Counted from the whole stretch's first letter, positions 37,887-52,452 are shown. The stretch is 63,874 bases of DNA, filler included, from Dugesia japonica (GCA_001938525.1; 6 parts of 6 records of this genome joined end to end with filler, not necessarily neighbours in it); one strand, 5' to 3'. Notes: generated by a model not told the origin, from the sequence alone. A program made the numbers and translations.

Positions 37887-39817
37887 CTGAAATTGATTTA
37901 GATTTCATTTGACGTAGTTCATTAAATAAATTGATATTTTCCTTTTCTATCGACACGAATTTCTTTCTTAATGTACTATTTTGTTGTTCAAGAAGTTCGA
38001 TTTGAATTTTCAGCGCCTGCACTGAAGCATTATCTTCAAACTCATTGTCTTCAATATTCTTAATTTATAAGGTAATTTTTATTCATCACGAAAACAAAAT
38101 CTGATTACTGTAGATTTCATTATTGCTTCTAGTTTCTTTGAAAGAGAATCATTTTCTTCTTCAATATCATTAAATCGTCTTTTCAATTTTCTTATATCAT
38201 CTTCAGCGAATTTTAGTTGTTCGGTAAGATCGGTTTCTCTCTCTTTAGCGGCATCTAATTCCCTTTGTAAACTTTGTTCTTCGAAACTTGGTTCTCGACT
38301 TAATGATTCTAAATTGCGGTTTTTCCTCTAAAATATAAATTTTTTTAAGATTATTTTATATTTTTTAATAATTCGTTTTACTTTAGAAGACGAATCGGGA
38401 ATTTGAAGAGCACTTTGTGATTCCATTGATTTAAGTTTTTCAATCTATTTACAAATTAAAATAAATCGATTAAACGAATATTTGATTAGTAAATTAGTTT
38501 TTAAAAATTATAATTTAATTAATTAAATTATAAATTAGTAATTTTTTTAAAAAAGAACCTTACTTCCTGTCGACATTTTGCAAGTTCCGTTTCCAGACTT
38601 CTTCTCCTAGTTTCTGAATCTTTTAATTCTTCCTTTAAATGTTTATTATCTTCCTCAAAATACGAACGCTTTTCATCGACTAATTCTAATTCACTGTTTA
38701 ATCTAACCGACACTTCTTTCGCTACGCGCAATTCTTCCTTTATTTAAAATAATGAAAATTAATTATCAATACGTATCAAAGGATAATAACCTCTAGACCT
38801 CTGATTAAATTTACATCATTTTCACTATATAATTGAGCTTCTAATCGATTGAGCTTCTCTTCTAAAATTGCCCGCTCATTTTCGCATTGTTCATAGCGCC
38901 TTTCAGTTTTTCTTAATTTGAATTGAAATATTCGACAATTTTTGTTTGATGTTTCTAAATCTCGTTTTAATTCTCTTAATGTGTCGGTATCGTCTTCCTA
39001 GAATCAATTATCAATTAATCATAAAATACTAAATAAATTGCAGTCTTTTTAATTCTTACATAAAAATTTTCTTAAAAATGTTATCAATACCCAAAACATA
39101 CAACGGACTAGTAAAATATATAATTTGTTAATGAGGACCAGTAATAATAATAAATTTGTTATCAAGAAAACTAATATATTTAATCTGCCAATAAATCTAT
39201 TTGTTTTGTTTGTAGAAAACTGCTATTCATTTCTATTGATTTCTCGTTATTGATTTACAGTTTAAAGAAGTTATAAGTAGATAAATAATAAATTTAAAAT
39301 TATTTATTGTTTAGTAAAAACATTTTGCTTGTTAACAAAAACATAATTATTATTAGGTATATTTCACGGACCACTAAAATTTTATTGGGAATCATCTGTT
39401 GAAACACTGATCTACACAAAATAAACAATCAAATTTCTTTATAGTGGTTTTCATGGATTATTGGTTTAATTTCAATGTGGAAAAAATTTGATTTTTTCAA
39501 AGGGATGAGTAATAGTAATATCAAACAGGTTTCGTTAACAAAATAAAAGATATAAAAATAAAACATTTATGCTCATTTTATAACTATAAAATAATCATTT
39601 AACCTTATTTCCAAATAATTATCGTCAAAAATTTTAATATGAATACAATAAAAACTCTTTCAGATAATTCTTAATAAAGTTATCAAAAAATATTCTAATT
39701 GGGAACAAAGAAAAACATTTCTCAATAATAAAATCTGTGGTATTTAGTAAGACTAAAAACCCAGTAATTATAAAATATAACCTAATATAATTATTATTAA
39801 TTATTAGTATTATTATA

Positions 39818-39873
<56 letters not shown>

Positions 39874-41822
39874 NNNNNNNNNNNNNNNNNNNNNNNNNNN
39901 NNNNNNNNNNNNNNNNNNNNNNNNNNNNNNNNNNNTTATCATTGTTGTTAAATGTTATTGTTATTTGAAGATTTTACTAAATCAAATATTAAATAATAAT
40001 TAATACTTACTAAATATTTTCTGATTGTAACAAAAATTCATTATGTATTGAATGTTAATTTTTTTAACAAAATTTACATTGTTGTATTGATATGAAAACC
40101 ACTGTTGTATGAATATAAATTGATAATGAAATATTTATTCGGACACAGTCTAATTAATTGATATTTGTCGATTGCATGGTCTTATTTTGTGTCATTTATT
40201 ACTGAGTAACAATACTACTTTTCCAATAGTCAGTAGTAAAGTATGTTAATATTTATTTAATATTACTTCAATCATTTTAATAAAGTGACAAACAAAACAC
40301 TGAATATATTTTCGGCTAAATAATGAAATTTTGTTTTGTAAAATATCGACTTTAGATAACATTGATTTTTTCGATGAAAATTATAATTGGTAATATGGGG
40401 AATTATAACAAAATTAACAAATCACACACAACACTGTATTAAAGAAATATTTTCCCTCGGATGATTCATACATTTTACAACAGTGAATACAGAAATGTTT
40501 AGACTGAAAGACACCCTGCTAATATTCATCATAAACTAATAGTTTTGAAAAATTTTTATATTTTCAATTGAATGTGAAAAATATTTCAAAGAAAATCAAA
40601 CTTTTAAAATAAACAATAAAACTTTCAATCAAACGGTTGTAAACTGTACCAATTAAAATGATAATTCTATAGCTTTCAAATAAATCTCATCACCATCAAT
40701 TGTATTTTTTTAAATTATTATTTAAAAATAAAATTTACTTGAAAATGATCATGCATCTCTTCTATTTCTCGTTGCATTTCCTCTTGTTCTTCTTTCAACA
40801 TGTCATTCTCTTCCATAACATCTTGGCACAGTTGTTCAATTTCTTCCATTCTGACTCTCAACTGTTCATTTTCAGCTAGAATTTCTTGATGTTTAGTACT
40901 CATTGATTCGTTAACATCAATATTGGCTTGATCGCTTTCCGGTAATTTCAGTCTTTCTCTGAATAATTAAATTTCTTTTAAATAAATACAATATCAAATT
41001 TCATTTTGATTTTTATGTATCATTTGCACATTTAATGATTACATAATAGAATAAATTTTGATCTATTTATTTTGTAAATAAATAAATAGATGTAGAATAA
41101 AAATTAAAAATCAAAAAAACAAAAAGATTTTACCGATAGCTGCGAACTTCGTCGTCTAAATGTTGAATTCTTCTTTCATAATGAATTGTTTTATTTTTTA
41201 AAGCTTCAATGTCTTCCAATAAATCTTCATTCAAATGATTTTTATCAGTCAACTCCTTTTCCAACTCTGCTTTTTCTTTACAAATTTCATCGTATTTGTC
41301 TTCCAAATCAAAGAAATCGTTTTCTAACTCTTCAACATATTTCGTATCGATACTTGAAGTGGAATTTTGTCTGTTAGCAGAAAACGAACCAGAATGTCTT
41401 GAAACACTGGATGATGGACTATTTGCTGGGCTTCTTCTTCCCGTGTTTGATCCCATTGTTCTTTTACTTTCTCTTGGTGATGGAGTTTTCTGTTTGAATT
41501 CGTCTGATTTTGGTCGTCGTCGAGTGTTTGGCGATGTTTCACCCTTTCTCAGTACCGGATCTTTTGAAATTCCACTAATTGATGTCGACTGAGAATTACC
41601 ACTACTCGTCGATTTTGTTCCTAATAATGGACTCGTTCTTGGACTAATTCCTTTACCATTATTTCCACTATTAGTTAAAGGCTCAGTAGGATGATCAGGT
41701 AAAGATCTGAAACAATTTTTACAAACAGTTCTTCTCCATTGTTGCGGTTCAAAAGTATAACATTCCTTTTTCTTTGATAAAGTTCCAGATCCTTCTCGGG
41801 TTCGATTATTATTTGATGCCAT
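37887..41822 (-). CDS. SOGA/MTCL-like: SOGA/MTCL-family coiled-coil protein, 5' part. Exons 41822-41134, 40958-40739, 38997-38791, 38737-38564, 38444-38382, 38327-38109, 38058-37887; 3' end not seen
   Basis: All introns are GT-AG and phase-consistent. Family signatures: EIEEMHDHFQEDDTDTLRELKRDLETSNKNCRIFQFKLRKTERR, EELRVAKEVSVRLNSELELVDEKR, ERETDLTEQLKFAEDD. No stops. Confidence 0.92.
39790..39873. repeat. (ATT)n microsatellite; others at 42904-42939, 45004-45071, 47646-47676
   Basis: Direct reading. Confidence 0.95.
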
Positions 41823-42902
41823 AGTGATAGATTATTTGTAGAAAAAAATCAATAGAAAAATTGTATTTAAGAAATTTGACCACCGGTGACTCAAAAATTT
41901 AAGAATCAAGCCAAATGATGAATTTTACAAGAAATACTTGTGGTTTGTAATTAGATTTTCGTCCTAAAAAATTGTTTTTTTTTTCACGCCAAATCTGAAC
42001 TTTCAAATTGAAATTTGTTCGAAAATTGATTCTTATTCTTGTTTCAACAAGAATAATTCTAGAAAATGACCTAATCGACGAAAACTAAATATGAAGAAAT
42101 TATAACTGTTGTTCGCCTACTGCTATCATTTAACGGTGGATCTGGTGAGAGTTTTGATCGATTTATGAAATTCATGATCACAGTTTCGATGTTTACCGTA
42201 TATGCGATAGTCAATCTGTGCAAATTGTGCATGCGAGTTCGTGTGTCGACCAAGGTGTGTACGGCAACTGGGAACTGTGTTTAGACATCTAACGCTTTTC
42301 TCTTAAATATTGATGACTAAGAGCAAGATTGTGTCTGTAGAGATCCCTGATTATTATTTATGTAATAAAAACGAAAAGATTTTTTTGTACTTCATTCAAT
42401 TGGAAAAATTTAGAAAAACATCGAAAATTAATACAGAACTCGAATGCTTGTCAAATTAATTCATTTACTTAATATTGACAGTGGGTTTCCATTTGGTTAT
42501 CAATGAATTTTATGTATTATTATTATTGCTACAATCAAATGTATTTGCTGTTATTAGTGTGCGTAATAATTAATAATTAGCAAATACTCTAAAATAAACA
42601 ATAATTAATAATAAATTGTTTCTTAGATGATGTAATAATAATAGAAATAAAACTGACAGAATTAATGTGCTTCATTAACTACCTAATTATTAATTTTTCT
42701 GCAATNNNNNNNNNNNNNNNNNNNNNNNNNNNNNNNNNNNNNNNNNNNNNNNNNNNNNNNNNNNNNNNNNNNNNNNNNNNNNNNNNNNNNNNNNNNNNNN
42801 NNNNNNNNNNNNNNNNNNNNNNNNNNNNNNNNNNNNNNNNNNNNNNNNNNNNNNNTATTATTTTATACAAAATAACTACAAGTTATGATACTTAAGATAA
42901 AA

Positions 42903-42943
<41 letters not shown>

Positions 42944-45003
42944 AACCTAAGAGATTTTTGAATTCTTTACTGATCTAAATCAGGGGGCTTTAACCGGTGA
43001 TGTGTTTCGATTTTGAAAGGAGATATGTACATTTTTATATATACATTTATATACATTTTAAAAACTATGCTATGAAGTTCTCACCTTACTAATGGAAAGC
43101 AGCAACTATTATCTCATTAAGGCAGGCCTAGATTTCTTCAAAAAAATGTTTTCTTTCTTAGGTGACGTAATAATGTCAAAAGTAAAATCATATTCATTAA
43201 ATATATTTCAATTTATTGTTAATTTTGAGTATATATGTGAGATTAACTAAGTAAAATCAATTTTAGTGGAGGTGTAAATGTAAAAATTAAGAATCTGTGG
43301 TCTTAATCATTTTACGAAAAATAATTAATAGCAATGTTTTAATGATATTGTAGTTAAGAATTTGTTAATAGAAAAATATTATACTTTTGTTGAATTCAAT
43401 TAAATTAAAGAATTCAATTGGAGCAAATTAATTCAAGTTGAACCAAAACCATTATCTTGATAACATCGGATCTTTGCAAATTTCATTTTTATGTCATATT
43501 TCTTCATTATTATTTATCAATTTATTCATTTCTATTCATTAAATATGAAAATGAATTATTTAACAAAATTTTGCCCGTCTAAATTGGTTCTGCCAATTTA
43601 ACATAATAACAACCAAAAGAAATTTACAGAAATTCTTATTAAGCTAATGTTGTAATAAGAAACAGAAATCTGAAAACAGTTTCAAAAACTCTTATAACTC
43701 TAATTACTAAATCTTTTTAATTTTTCTTTCAAATGTAATTAATACCAATCAGTTCCGTCAAGCTAATATTTTCGTTATGGAACTGTCTGTTGGAGACTTT
43801 ATGTGTGACAACAATAGAAAGACGAGAGCTTACAGTCTACCAAACTAAGTTTTTTAATATTTAATATCATATACTCATCATATAATATTTAGATGAGTTA
43901 TTTATTTGATTAATTATTTATTTGACCAATTTCTAATAACATAAAAATAAAGAAAAATTATAATGTTATCGTTAACCAAACACAGATTGTAACGAAGCCG
44001 ACACAATACGTTTAATACTTGATTTTTTAAGTACCCCCGAACTAAGGATACTTAGAATTCTTAGTATATTTCTATAAACCTGGATGTGTTGATTTTGATG
44101 GTTTTTAATACTAATGATAAATGAATTAAAAGTTTAATAATTTTTTTAGTTGTATATGAGAAAATAGATCATTTAATTGTGATATTTAATATCATATGAA
44201 CCCAGTAAACTAACATTTAGTTACGTGGCACGCTAAAACGAAAATATTGAACAATAATAAAATATAAATTATTTAATTAAAATAATAGCTTCAATCAAAA
44301 TGTTATTTTTGTTTGTTTCTTCTTTNNNNNNNNNNNNNNNNNNNNNNNNNNNNNNNNNNNNNNNNNNNNNNNNNNNNNNNNNNNNNNNNNNNNNNNNNNN
44401 NNNNNNNNNNNNNNNNNNNNNNNNNNNNNNNNNNNNNNNNNNNNNNNNNNNNNNNNNNNNNNNNNNNNNNNNNNNNNNNNNNNNNNNNNNNNNNTTTTAT
44501 TGATTATTGTTTTAGATATTATGATTTTTATTGATTTTTTTTTCATTGGCCTACACGTAACAGTTTCACAGTAAAATAATTTTTCATTAATATGGTAAGT
44601 ACATATTACAATTTTGATTCAATTTCCGATTATTTTATTTCAATTATTCATTGAAAAAAAATGAGAACTGGTGAATTAAAGTGAAATCTTTCAATTTGTT
44701 AAAAAAAAATTTCCAAGAAAAATTCCTTTATATTTATCCAAAAATGTATAAAAAATATTAAACTAATTAAAAATTTAATATTAAAATATTTAAAAATTAG
44801 AATTCATTTAATATAAAAGCTTAGATCAGAATTTAGGTTTTATATTAAATGAATTCTATAAAACGATCAATGGTTAAGTCCAACAATTATTCTCGCAATA
44901 ATTNNNNNNNNNNNNNNNNNNNNNNNNNNNNNNNNNNNNNNNNNNNNTTAATTAATTAANNNNNNNNNNNNNNNNNNNNNNNNNNNNNNNNNNNNNNNNN
45001 NNN

Positions 45004-45072
<69 letters not shown>

Positions 45073-45074
45073 TC

Positions 45075-45535
45075 TTCCAAGATAAACTAAAAATTAGTTT
45101 TATAACAAAGACTTTGTTAATTAATATGATTTTTTAAAATTAAAATCCAGTGATTAAAATCCAGTTTTATTTTTTTGTATTTATCCGAATTTTCAACTGT
45201 TGTCTTCTTCAGGAATTAAACATTTGTATTTATTTAATTAATATTAAAATTAAATTAAATTAAACAAATTAAACAAAAAGTACAAACAAATTAAATTAAA
45301 TTAAAATTCAATAAAATGAATCAAATTATTGTAAATTTATATATATTTGTATATTTTATATATAAAATTTGATAAAACAATAAAAAGTTAAACACCTGAA
45401 GAAGATAATAGTCAAAAATTTGGATAACTACCAAAAAAGAAACAAAACATTTTGATCGAAGCTTTTAATTTAAACAAAAATCGTATTGATTACCAAAATC
45501 TTTGTTATAAAACTAATTTTAAATTTATCATGGCA
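45075..45535. mobile_element. Inverted pair of Penelope-like terminal repeats with degenerate hammerhead motifs
   Basis: 45075-45215 is the reverse complement of ~45390-45535; each arm has CTGAAGAAGA..A.AGT..AAAATT.GGATAA. Confidence 0.6.
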
Positions 45536-46499
45536 GAAACGCTGATTACGTAACAGAGATAGTCGAAACTAGAAACTATCTATTGAACAATTCTATTTAT
45601 GATGGTCTATTAGTGCAGGATCACAGAATGAATCATGAGTTGTTGAACATGTTTGTTGAAGCAGAATTATTTGTTTCCAATATTAACGGGTGTCAAAACT
45701 CTGTTGTTCTGTTAAATTATGAGCTGCCTGAAGATAATCAACAAAATTATTTTAATTGTTTTGATAAATTCATCAATTTCGTTGATGAGATTGTTGGAAT
45801 ATTCTGTTATTGCAAATCAATAAATTTCATTTATCGAGTGAGATGATGATGCACACTGGATTGGGGTGGCAAATCTATGAAATTTAATGGTTCCCAATTC
45901 ATCAGAAATTATTCTTTCTGCGATCTGATAAGAATTAATTAATTATTTTCATATTACTAATATCATATCAATTTATAAAATGGCAGATAATATATATATC
46001 TATTCTATTCAATGATTTATCTAATCGAATTACAAGATAACAATGAATTCGAGAAATTTGGTAATCTCTGTTGTTTGGCAGGAGAATTCAACTAATTATT
46101 TCCAGTTGAAAATTGATTGTTTGCCAATAATTGCTTTTCAAAATTCTGTTTGATTTTCCTCTGTTTAACAAAACGCTTTGATTTTTATTTTATTTTAATA
46201 ATCTCTTAATAGGAATCTTGTTTATTTGAAAAAGGATGACCTTGAATTAAAGTTGGAAGTATTATTTGAGGAGCTATCATGAAGAAACACTGTTTATATC
46301 GTCATAGTTAATCACTGACATAAATGATTTCATCTGGAGAAGAAAACTCTAATAATAATTGTTAGATGAGTTTGGAGTACTCATCGATGTAATTAAAAAA
46401 CACTTTCCACTTCATAAATTTATTCAATTACAAGACAAACCAAAACACACAATTTAAATGTCTTTTTCAAATAAATTTGAAAAAATGTATATTCAAAAC

Positions 46500-47030
46500 T
46501 GTTAGTTGGGTTTTGAGAATTCATCGAATCATTAATATCAGAATTCAAATTCATTACAACGATTTATTAACATAAAAAACTATAAAAAACTATATTCAAA
46601 AATGATTTTAAGAGAAACGATTTCCAACCACACAAAAATTCCAACTCGCTCAAAACATATTCACATCCCCCTTTTTAAGAATTTTTTTGATCTTCTCTAT
46701 GTTTCTTTCAAGACATTTTTCGTTTGTATCTTCCAGGATGTAACATCTGTGATGAAACTTCCTCTTGATCTTATAGGGTCTTTCATAATGATCTTGGTTC
46801 TTGTTTCAGCTTTCACTAAGACGTCATCACCGATCTAGAATTGTCTTTTGGTTAATATTTCTTCCTCTTGTTCTTTGTGCACTCTTAGAGTATTTTTTCC
46901 CGATAGTTTTCTGTTTTGTAGCGTTTAAAGTAAATTCTATCTTTGGCAATACATCCGCCGAATTCATCGAATCATTAACATCAGAATTCAAATTCATTTC
47001 AACGATTTATCAATATAAAAAACTATAACA
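46500..47030 (-). mobile_element. Gypsy deletion remnant: partial LTR, integrase tail, PPT and 166 bp LTR (46665-46500)
   Basis: ADVLPKIEFTLNATKQKTIGK and DHYERPYKIKRKFHHRCYILED (GPY/F-like); PPT AAAAAGGGGGA before TGTGAA...CTAACA; 46517-46590 is repeated at 46960-47030. Confidence 0.7.
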
Positions 47031-47644
47031 ATACTAATTGAGTTTTTAAACAAATTAAATTCCTGTTTTAAATTGGAGATTGTTTCTTAAGATTTTTATA
47101 AAAATTTATTTAAATCCATTTGATTTTTTATTAAGATTTTTAAAATAAATTTTCTTTTTAATTTCAAAATTTAAAACAATTACTTATTAAATATGCAAAA
47201 AAGGATGGCAAAAGTTTAATTAAAAAAAATAACGCCATTTAAATAAAACTTTATTGTTATATATTTCGACGGATTAACCGTCATTATCAGACAAAATTAC
47301 TTATTCGTCATTTAATTTTTTTGAAAAAAGATTTCAAGAAAAACCATCACCAACCACACAAAACGTTCAAAAATATATATTTTGTTGAAAATCAGGAATT
47401 TTATTATTTAAAAAATTACCAACTTATATTATAAAAATTATAAAATTTTAATATACATTCTAAATCACAAATTTTAGAATAAACACAAATTGAAAATATG
47501 AAAATTCGTTTGCTACAAACTGTTGATTACATAAAAATTTAAAATTAATTTTACAAATTATTTTAATGATTTAATTCAAATATTTACCAAATCTAATTTT
47601 AATAAAATTTCGTTTCAAAATACAAAAAATTACAAACAATTTTA

Positions 47645-47677
<33 letters not shown>

Positions 47678-48359
47678 CCAATGCTAGTAAGTCCCATGCT
47701 ATAGAAAACGTTTCAGAAACCACTAATCAATTAAAATGTATTGGTTTTCGATTTTTTCAGATCTATTGACAAAATAATGATGGCAATTTTAGACTAATAT
47801 TTGCAGATGCCAATCAGAGCGATTAAACACGTAAAATATACGTAAACCTAAAACAATACATGTGTGAAATCGTTTTTGTTGATGCTTGATCGGTTATCTT
47901 TGAGCATACAATGGATAATTACACGTACTTGGATAAAGGATAATTCAAAGAAAGCTGACGTTGTTGTCCATTATATTTCAAAGAAATGCATGATTACAAT
48001 GGAAATCCAGAGATATGAGGCACTAGCAAACAATGTTGGTCCAATATGGAATTTGGGAACAATTCAAAAAATAACTTGTTAATCAATAAATATTATTTTA
48101 TAATGTTGACTTTGTTTTTATAAAATGAAGTCAAAAACACTAGAACCTTTATTAAATCAGTTTTATTCGTAATCAAGTACAGAATTTATTTCTTCGAGGC
48201 CTTGTTGAATGACATGTCTCAGTGTAATTGAAGAAATGGACATATTAAAATTTTATATATTATGAATTTTTTTTGTATAAAAATTTTATTTTAACTTTAT
48301 AATTAATAATTTCGAAAATATATTTAATGTGTTACACATTTACGTAAGAAATGCATTTA

Positions 48360-48566
48360 CAGTCAACCCCCTCTATACCACCCTCTCCTTATACCTTATG
48401 CCAGAAATATAGGGATGACCGACTGTAGTATATTTATCAGGAAACATGCAACAACTTATTTTCGTTTCTTTGTGAATTTTTCCTCATTAAATTACCCTCA
48501 TTACATCGCCATAAAGTTTTGTTTAGAAATTTGAACGAATTGAGGCGGTATAACGAGGATTGACTG
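48360..48566. mobile_element. pogo/Tigger-like MITE
   Basis: TA|CAGTCAACCCCCTCTATACC ... GGTATAACGAGGATTGACTG|TA. Confidence 0.7.
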
Positions 48567-50349
48567 TATATTTATTACAAAATAAAAACAATACTGATAA
48601 CCGTATTTATTAGTAAAACAGATATTTTAAAAATACAAATCTTAAAGATTTTGTGATTCATAATGAGCTGGATTGTTTTATTTATTTAAAATTGTTTTAC
48701 GGAAGTATGGCAAGTGGCACGATTCTGTTAAAGCCACATGTATTTGACATTCATACCATTTAACTAAGACAATAAAACTTAGTTATCATGCGCCGATACT
48801 ATTTGTCAACAGTAACATGTTTAAAATGTATTCCTTTCTCATGAAACACATGCGGGTCTTCGTCACTCTAAACAAGACAAATTTGTATGTTTACCAAGCT
48901 ATCAACACGAAAATGGTTTCCATTTCTGAAGATGATTTTAAACGCAAATGTCAGCGTTTATGTCACAATCAAATATAAATTTGGTAGAAATGAAGACACA
49001 AATCGTTTGTAAGAATACATTGCATAAATCTTCTTAAAATGCTCAATTCTTGAGCGAGATGGAAAATGGATGATTCCAGACTCTTGGCTACATTCTGCCA
49101 AATAAACGGGACGTCTATTTACCTCTGAACAACATGTACGAAAACGTGTCAATGATCTGACATCAGTTATCAACTCAGACGTCTAAATTATCAATTTACT
49201 TTTAATAAGAAGAAATTGTTCACCATAGATTATTTTATAAATTTTTCACTGTCAAAGCAAAACAGCAATAATACAGCCCAATTAAAATTTTCCGATGCTG
49301 CTGAGACACCATGTGATACAATAACGCAAAGTAAAATTCAATTTCATGTGATTATTTGAACTTTTAGTTTCATACAGACTTCATACACATCATTATTTAA
49401 TTCATATTATTATATTTTTAAAAGAAAGAAAGCGAAAAGTCAATTCCTGACGAAGACAAAGTCGAAATATACAATCTTTATCAAAAAACCAAATTTTGAT
49501 CGAAGCTTTATTTTAAATGAATTCTGAAAAACGATCAATGATTATGTCCAATAATTATTCTCGCAATAATTCTTGTAATTTTAAAGAAAAGCGTCTCAAT
49601 AATTCGATTATCATCAATAAATAAAATAAATATAAATTAATATTTATGTTTATTATTAATTATAATTATAATTGATTATATTTGTAAAGAATTTATTCTT
49701 TAAAACGTCTGCTTCTATTGAAGTGGCGAACGAAANATTCTATTGAATAAGAGTATATATTGTCATTTTTCAAAATACAAGTTTCGTATTCTTATTCCTT
49801 CCTGTTTCCGATAAGCAATCAAGATTGATAATTTTATACAACCAAATCAAGGAATTTTCTCAGCAAATATTCTAAAGTGATTGTGAAATTAATTTATAAC
49901 GAGAATACTTTTTTATTAAAGAGATTCATACTAATTAAGAATGATGGTTCTTTTAGAGGCTTTTTTTAACTTTCTCTTTCTTAATATCCTTTGAACAAAC
50001 CAATTTAATTTTCACCTGTCCTTCAAATTTCATTTGACGTTACAGTTTACATCAAATGGGCAAATAATTGTTAGAAATGTTATCATTTCTCAGTTAATTT
50101 TCTTAGAATATTTATTAATTAAATTCCAAGTGTGTAAAATAATTAATTTTGCAGAAGAAATTACAGGAATAAAGATGATTTATTTTTTTTGAAGCTCAGT
50201 GAGGAAAGCGTTTTTGTTTTAATCAGACCAATCACATTTCACGAGTTCTTGTACTCGATTTATTTAGTTTGTGATATTTTCTGATAATTTACAAATGATA
50301 TAAACAAGTATAAAATAAATGTATTGTTAAGTATAATATCTAATATATA

Positions 50350-50760
50350 AGTATAATTAAACATACTTTATACACCAATATACATGTTTAATCGGTCAAA
50401 TATGCACCATTTTGTTCGACTACTTGGCGTTATCTTTAAGAGGTTTCATGAAACCATTGTCAAGAAATTATCAAGGAATCTTTTTGGTTTAAAAATTGGT
50501 GAAAGTAAATTTTCCAGGCCTCTAGAGTTTTGAAATATTTTCCACTTAGAGAATTAGGCACTTAGTGAGGTAAATATGGTTAGTGACTTATTTGTTCTCA
50601 ATCGAATTCAGCAATTTTCTGTTGAATCATCAAAGACAAGTGGGATCTAGGATTATCCTGGTAAAAATAGATATCCGTTCAACTTGCCAATGCAGATCAT
50701 TTTAAAACGACAACAACTTTTAATAAATCCAATTGTGAGCAGCATAATGTGGCATTCAAA
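50350..50760 (-). mobile_element. Mariner 3' remnant
   Basis: Minus strand QDNPRSH and PYLPH*VPNS (decayed HDNA and YSPDLAP motifs). Confidence 0.55.
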
Positions 50761-51759
50761 GCCTGGTCTTGTGGAAGAATAATTGTTGGATGTAACCATT
50801 GATCGTTATACAGAATTCATTAAAACAAAAGATTCAGTCAAAATTTGTTTCTGTTTTTGATAATAATTCTAATTTTCGAATTTATCTTCGTCAGAAATTG
50901 ACTTTTTTTGATTGATTCAATATTGAAATTTTTGGAAGAAGGTCATAATATATTGCGCTCTTCCAATCCTACAAAATACAAAGCAATACTTTCTTGGGAT
51001 GTAAATTGGATTTGAAGTGGTACTTAAAGAAATATTTATTGTTTGCTAACATGTTTTACTTTTTGTATTGTTATATAAAATCTATTATTCATTACTCGTA
51101 AGTGTTTCGGTTTCTTACAAAACACAACACAATATTTTCATCAATTTATTTGGGATTCAAACATTGTTACGATATACGTATTCAAGGGCTTCTAAATGCG
51201 TTACAATACTCATTTAAGATATTTTGAGTCTTTCTGCAATAGATCGTATTATAGAATGGGAATAAAATTTAATCATTAATTCAATTTGATCATCATTAAC
51301 GACCGAAGATCTGCCAAAACGCTTTTCGTCTGCAAACCATTTTTTAGTAATGAATTAATGGGAAATAATATAACACCAAGTATTTGAAATGCATTTTTTT
51401 TCTTCCATTATGTTTGATGATTATATATATTTATCAGATATTTACGCCACAATATCATCTTGTTTAGATGTTCAAAAAACGTTAAAGAAAACTCTATGAA
51501 AATATGTGTCGAACCATTATTATTAGGATACATTTATCATGCTAGAAAATCAACAATTGTTTGCTCTTGAGGATTTTTACATTTATTATTATCTGGATTA
51601 ATACAGATAAAATCAATGAATTGCCTTAAAATCAATATCTTAATTGCATTGATATTTTTAAAATATTTTTATACAAGTTACAAAACAATTAAAATTATTA
51701 CGAGAATTATTGTTGGATGTAACTCTTGATCATTTATCAGATTTATGATACCCAGGCCA

Positions 51760-52300
51760 GTAAAGATAGATCGTATAACCTTGTCACGTCTTGGAGACCG
51801 ATTGCGTTGCTGGATTGCCTTTATAAGCTCTTTGTTTTCTGTTTAGTTTCACAACTGTCTGATTGGGTTCAGAAATCGATAATCTTCCAAAATCTCCAGA
51901 AGAGTGCTAGAGAATCGGAGGGGTGCTTTGAACACAAATTTCTGCTTCGTTGTCTTCTTGAAGAACAAAACCAATATATGACTTCTTGAATAATTCTGAT
52001 ACGTTTTATAGCACCTCTGTTGACCACATTCTTGGTCTATCTTCTCAAATAAAAATGTTCAGTGTAACTAACGGGTTGATTAATAGTATTTACTCAAATT
52101 TCTTCAGCTACTATATTTGTGATGGTGTATCAACTAGCGATAATTAGGCGGTTCTTCAGGTTTGCTTCTTATCGCTGTTATTGATATTACGTTGCCTTTA
52201 TCTGGTTACTTAAGAAAATAAATTATCACACGAATTGTTCGTTTCTAGATTAATTATTCTGTTAAGATTTATTACAAAACGATAAGGTCTATTTTCTTAT
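51760..52300 (+). pseudogene. Non-LTR (R2/NeSL-type) RT fragment
   Basis: SWRPIALLDCLYKLF, Q-K...EGCFEHKFLL. Confidence 0.7.
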
Positions 52301-52452
52301 CAAATAAATCTGAATTTATGAAGATACTCGTGTAATACAATTGCAATTATTGCGAGAATATTTGTTGGACATAACCATTGATCGTTTTATATAATTCATT
52401 TAAAATAAAAGCTTTGATCAAAATTTAGGTTTAATTTATTGATATTGGATAA

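Noticed and set aside
39634-39942. Poly-Ile ORF and other X-rich ORFs (10440, 32633, 42665, 44295, 62313)
   Set aside because: These are translations of microsatellites and N gaps.
41186-41592. Antisense/alternate ORFs overlapping SOGA exon 1 (also 4250, 5458, 2225, 3387)
   Set aside because: Shadow frames of real coding or TE sequence, with no independent motifs.
45583-46330. Possible host-gene exons on the minus strand
   Set aside because: Stops in all plausible frames and no recognisable family; at most a decayed pseudogene.
48690-49330. GC-richer block with ORF 48958..49173
   Set aside because: Could be a terminal exon or UTR, but no motif or consistent splice chain could be established.
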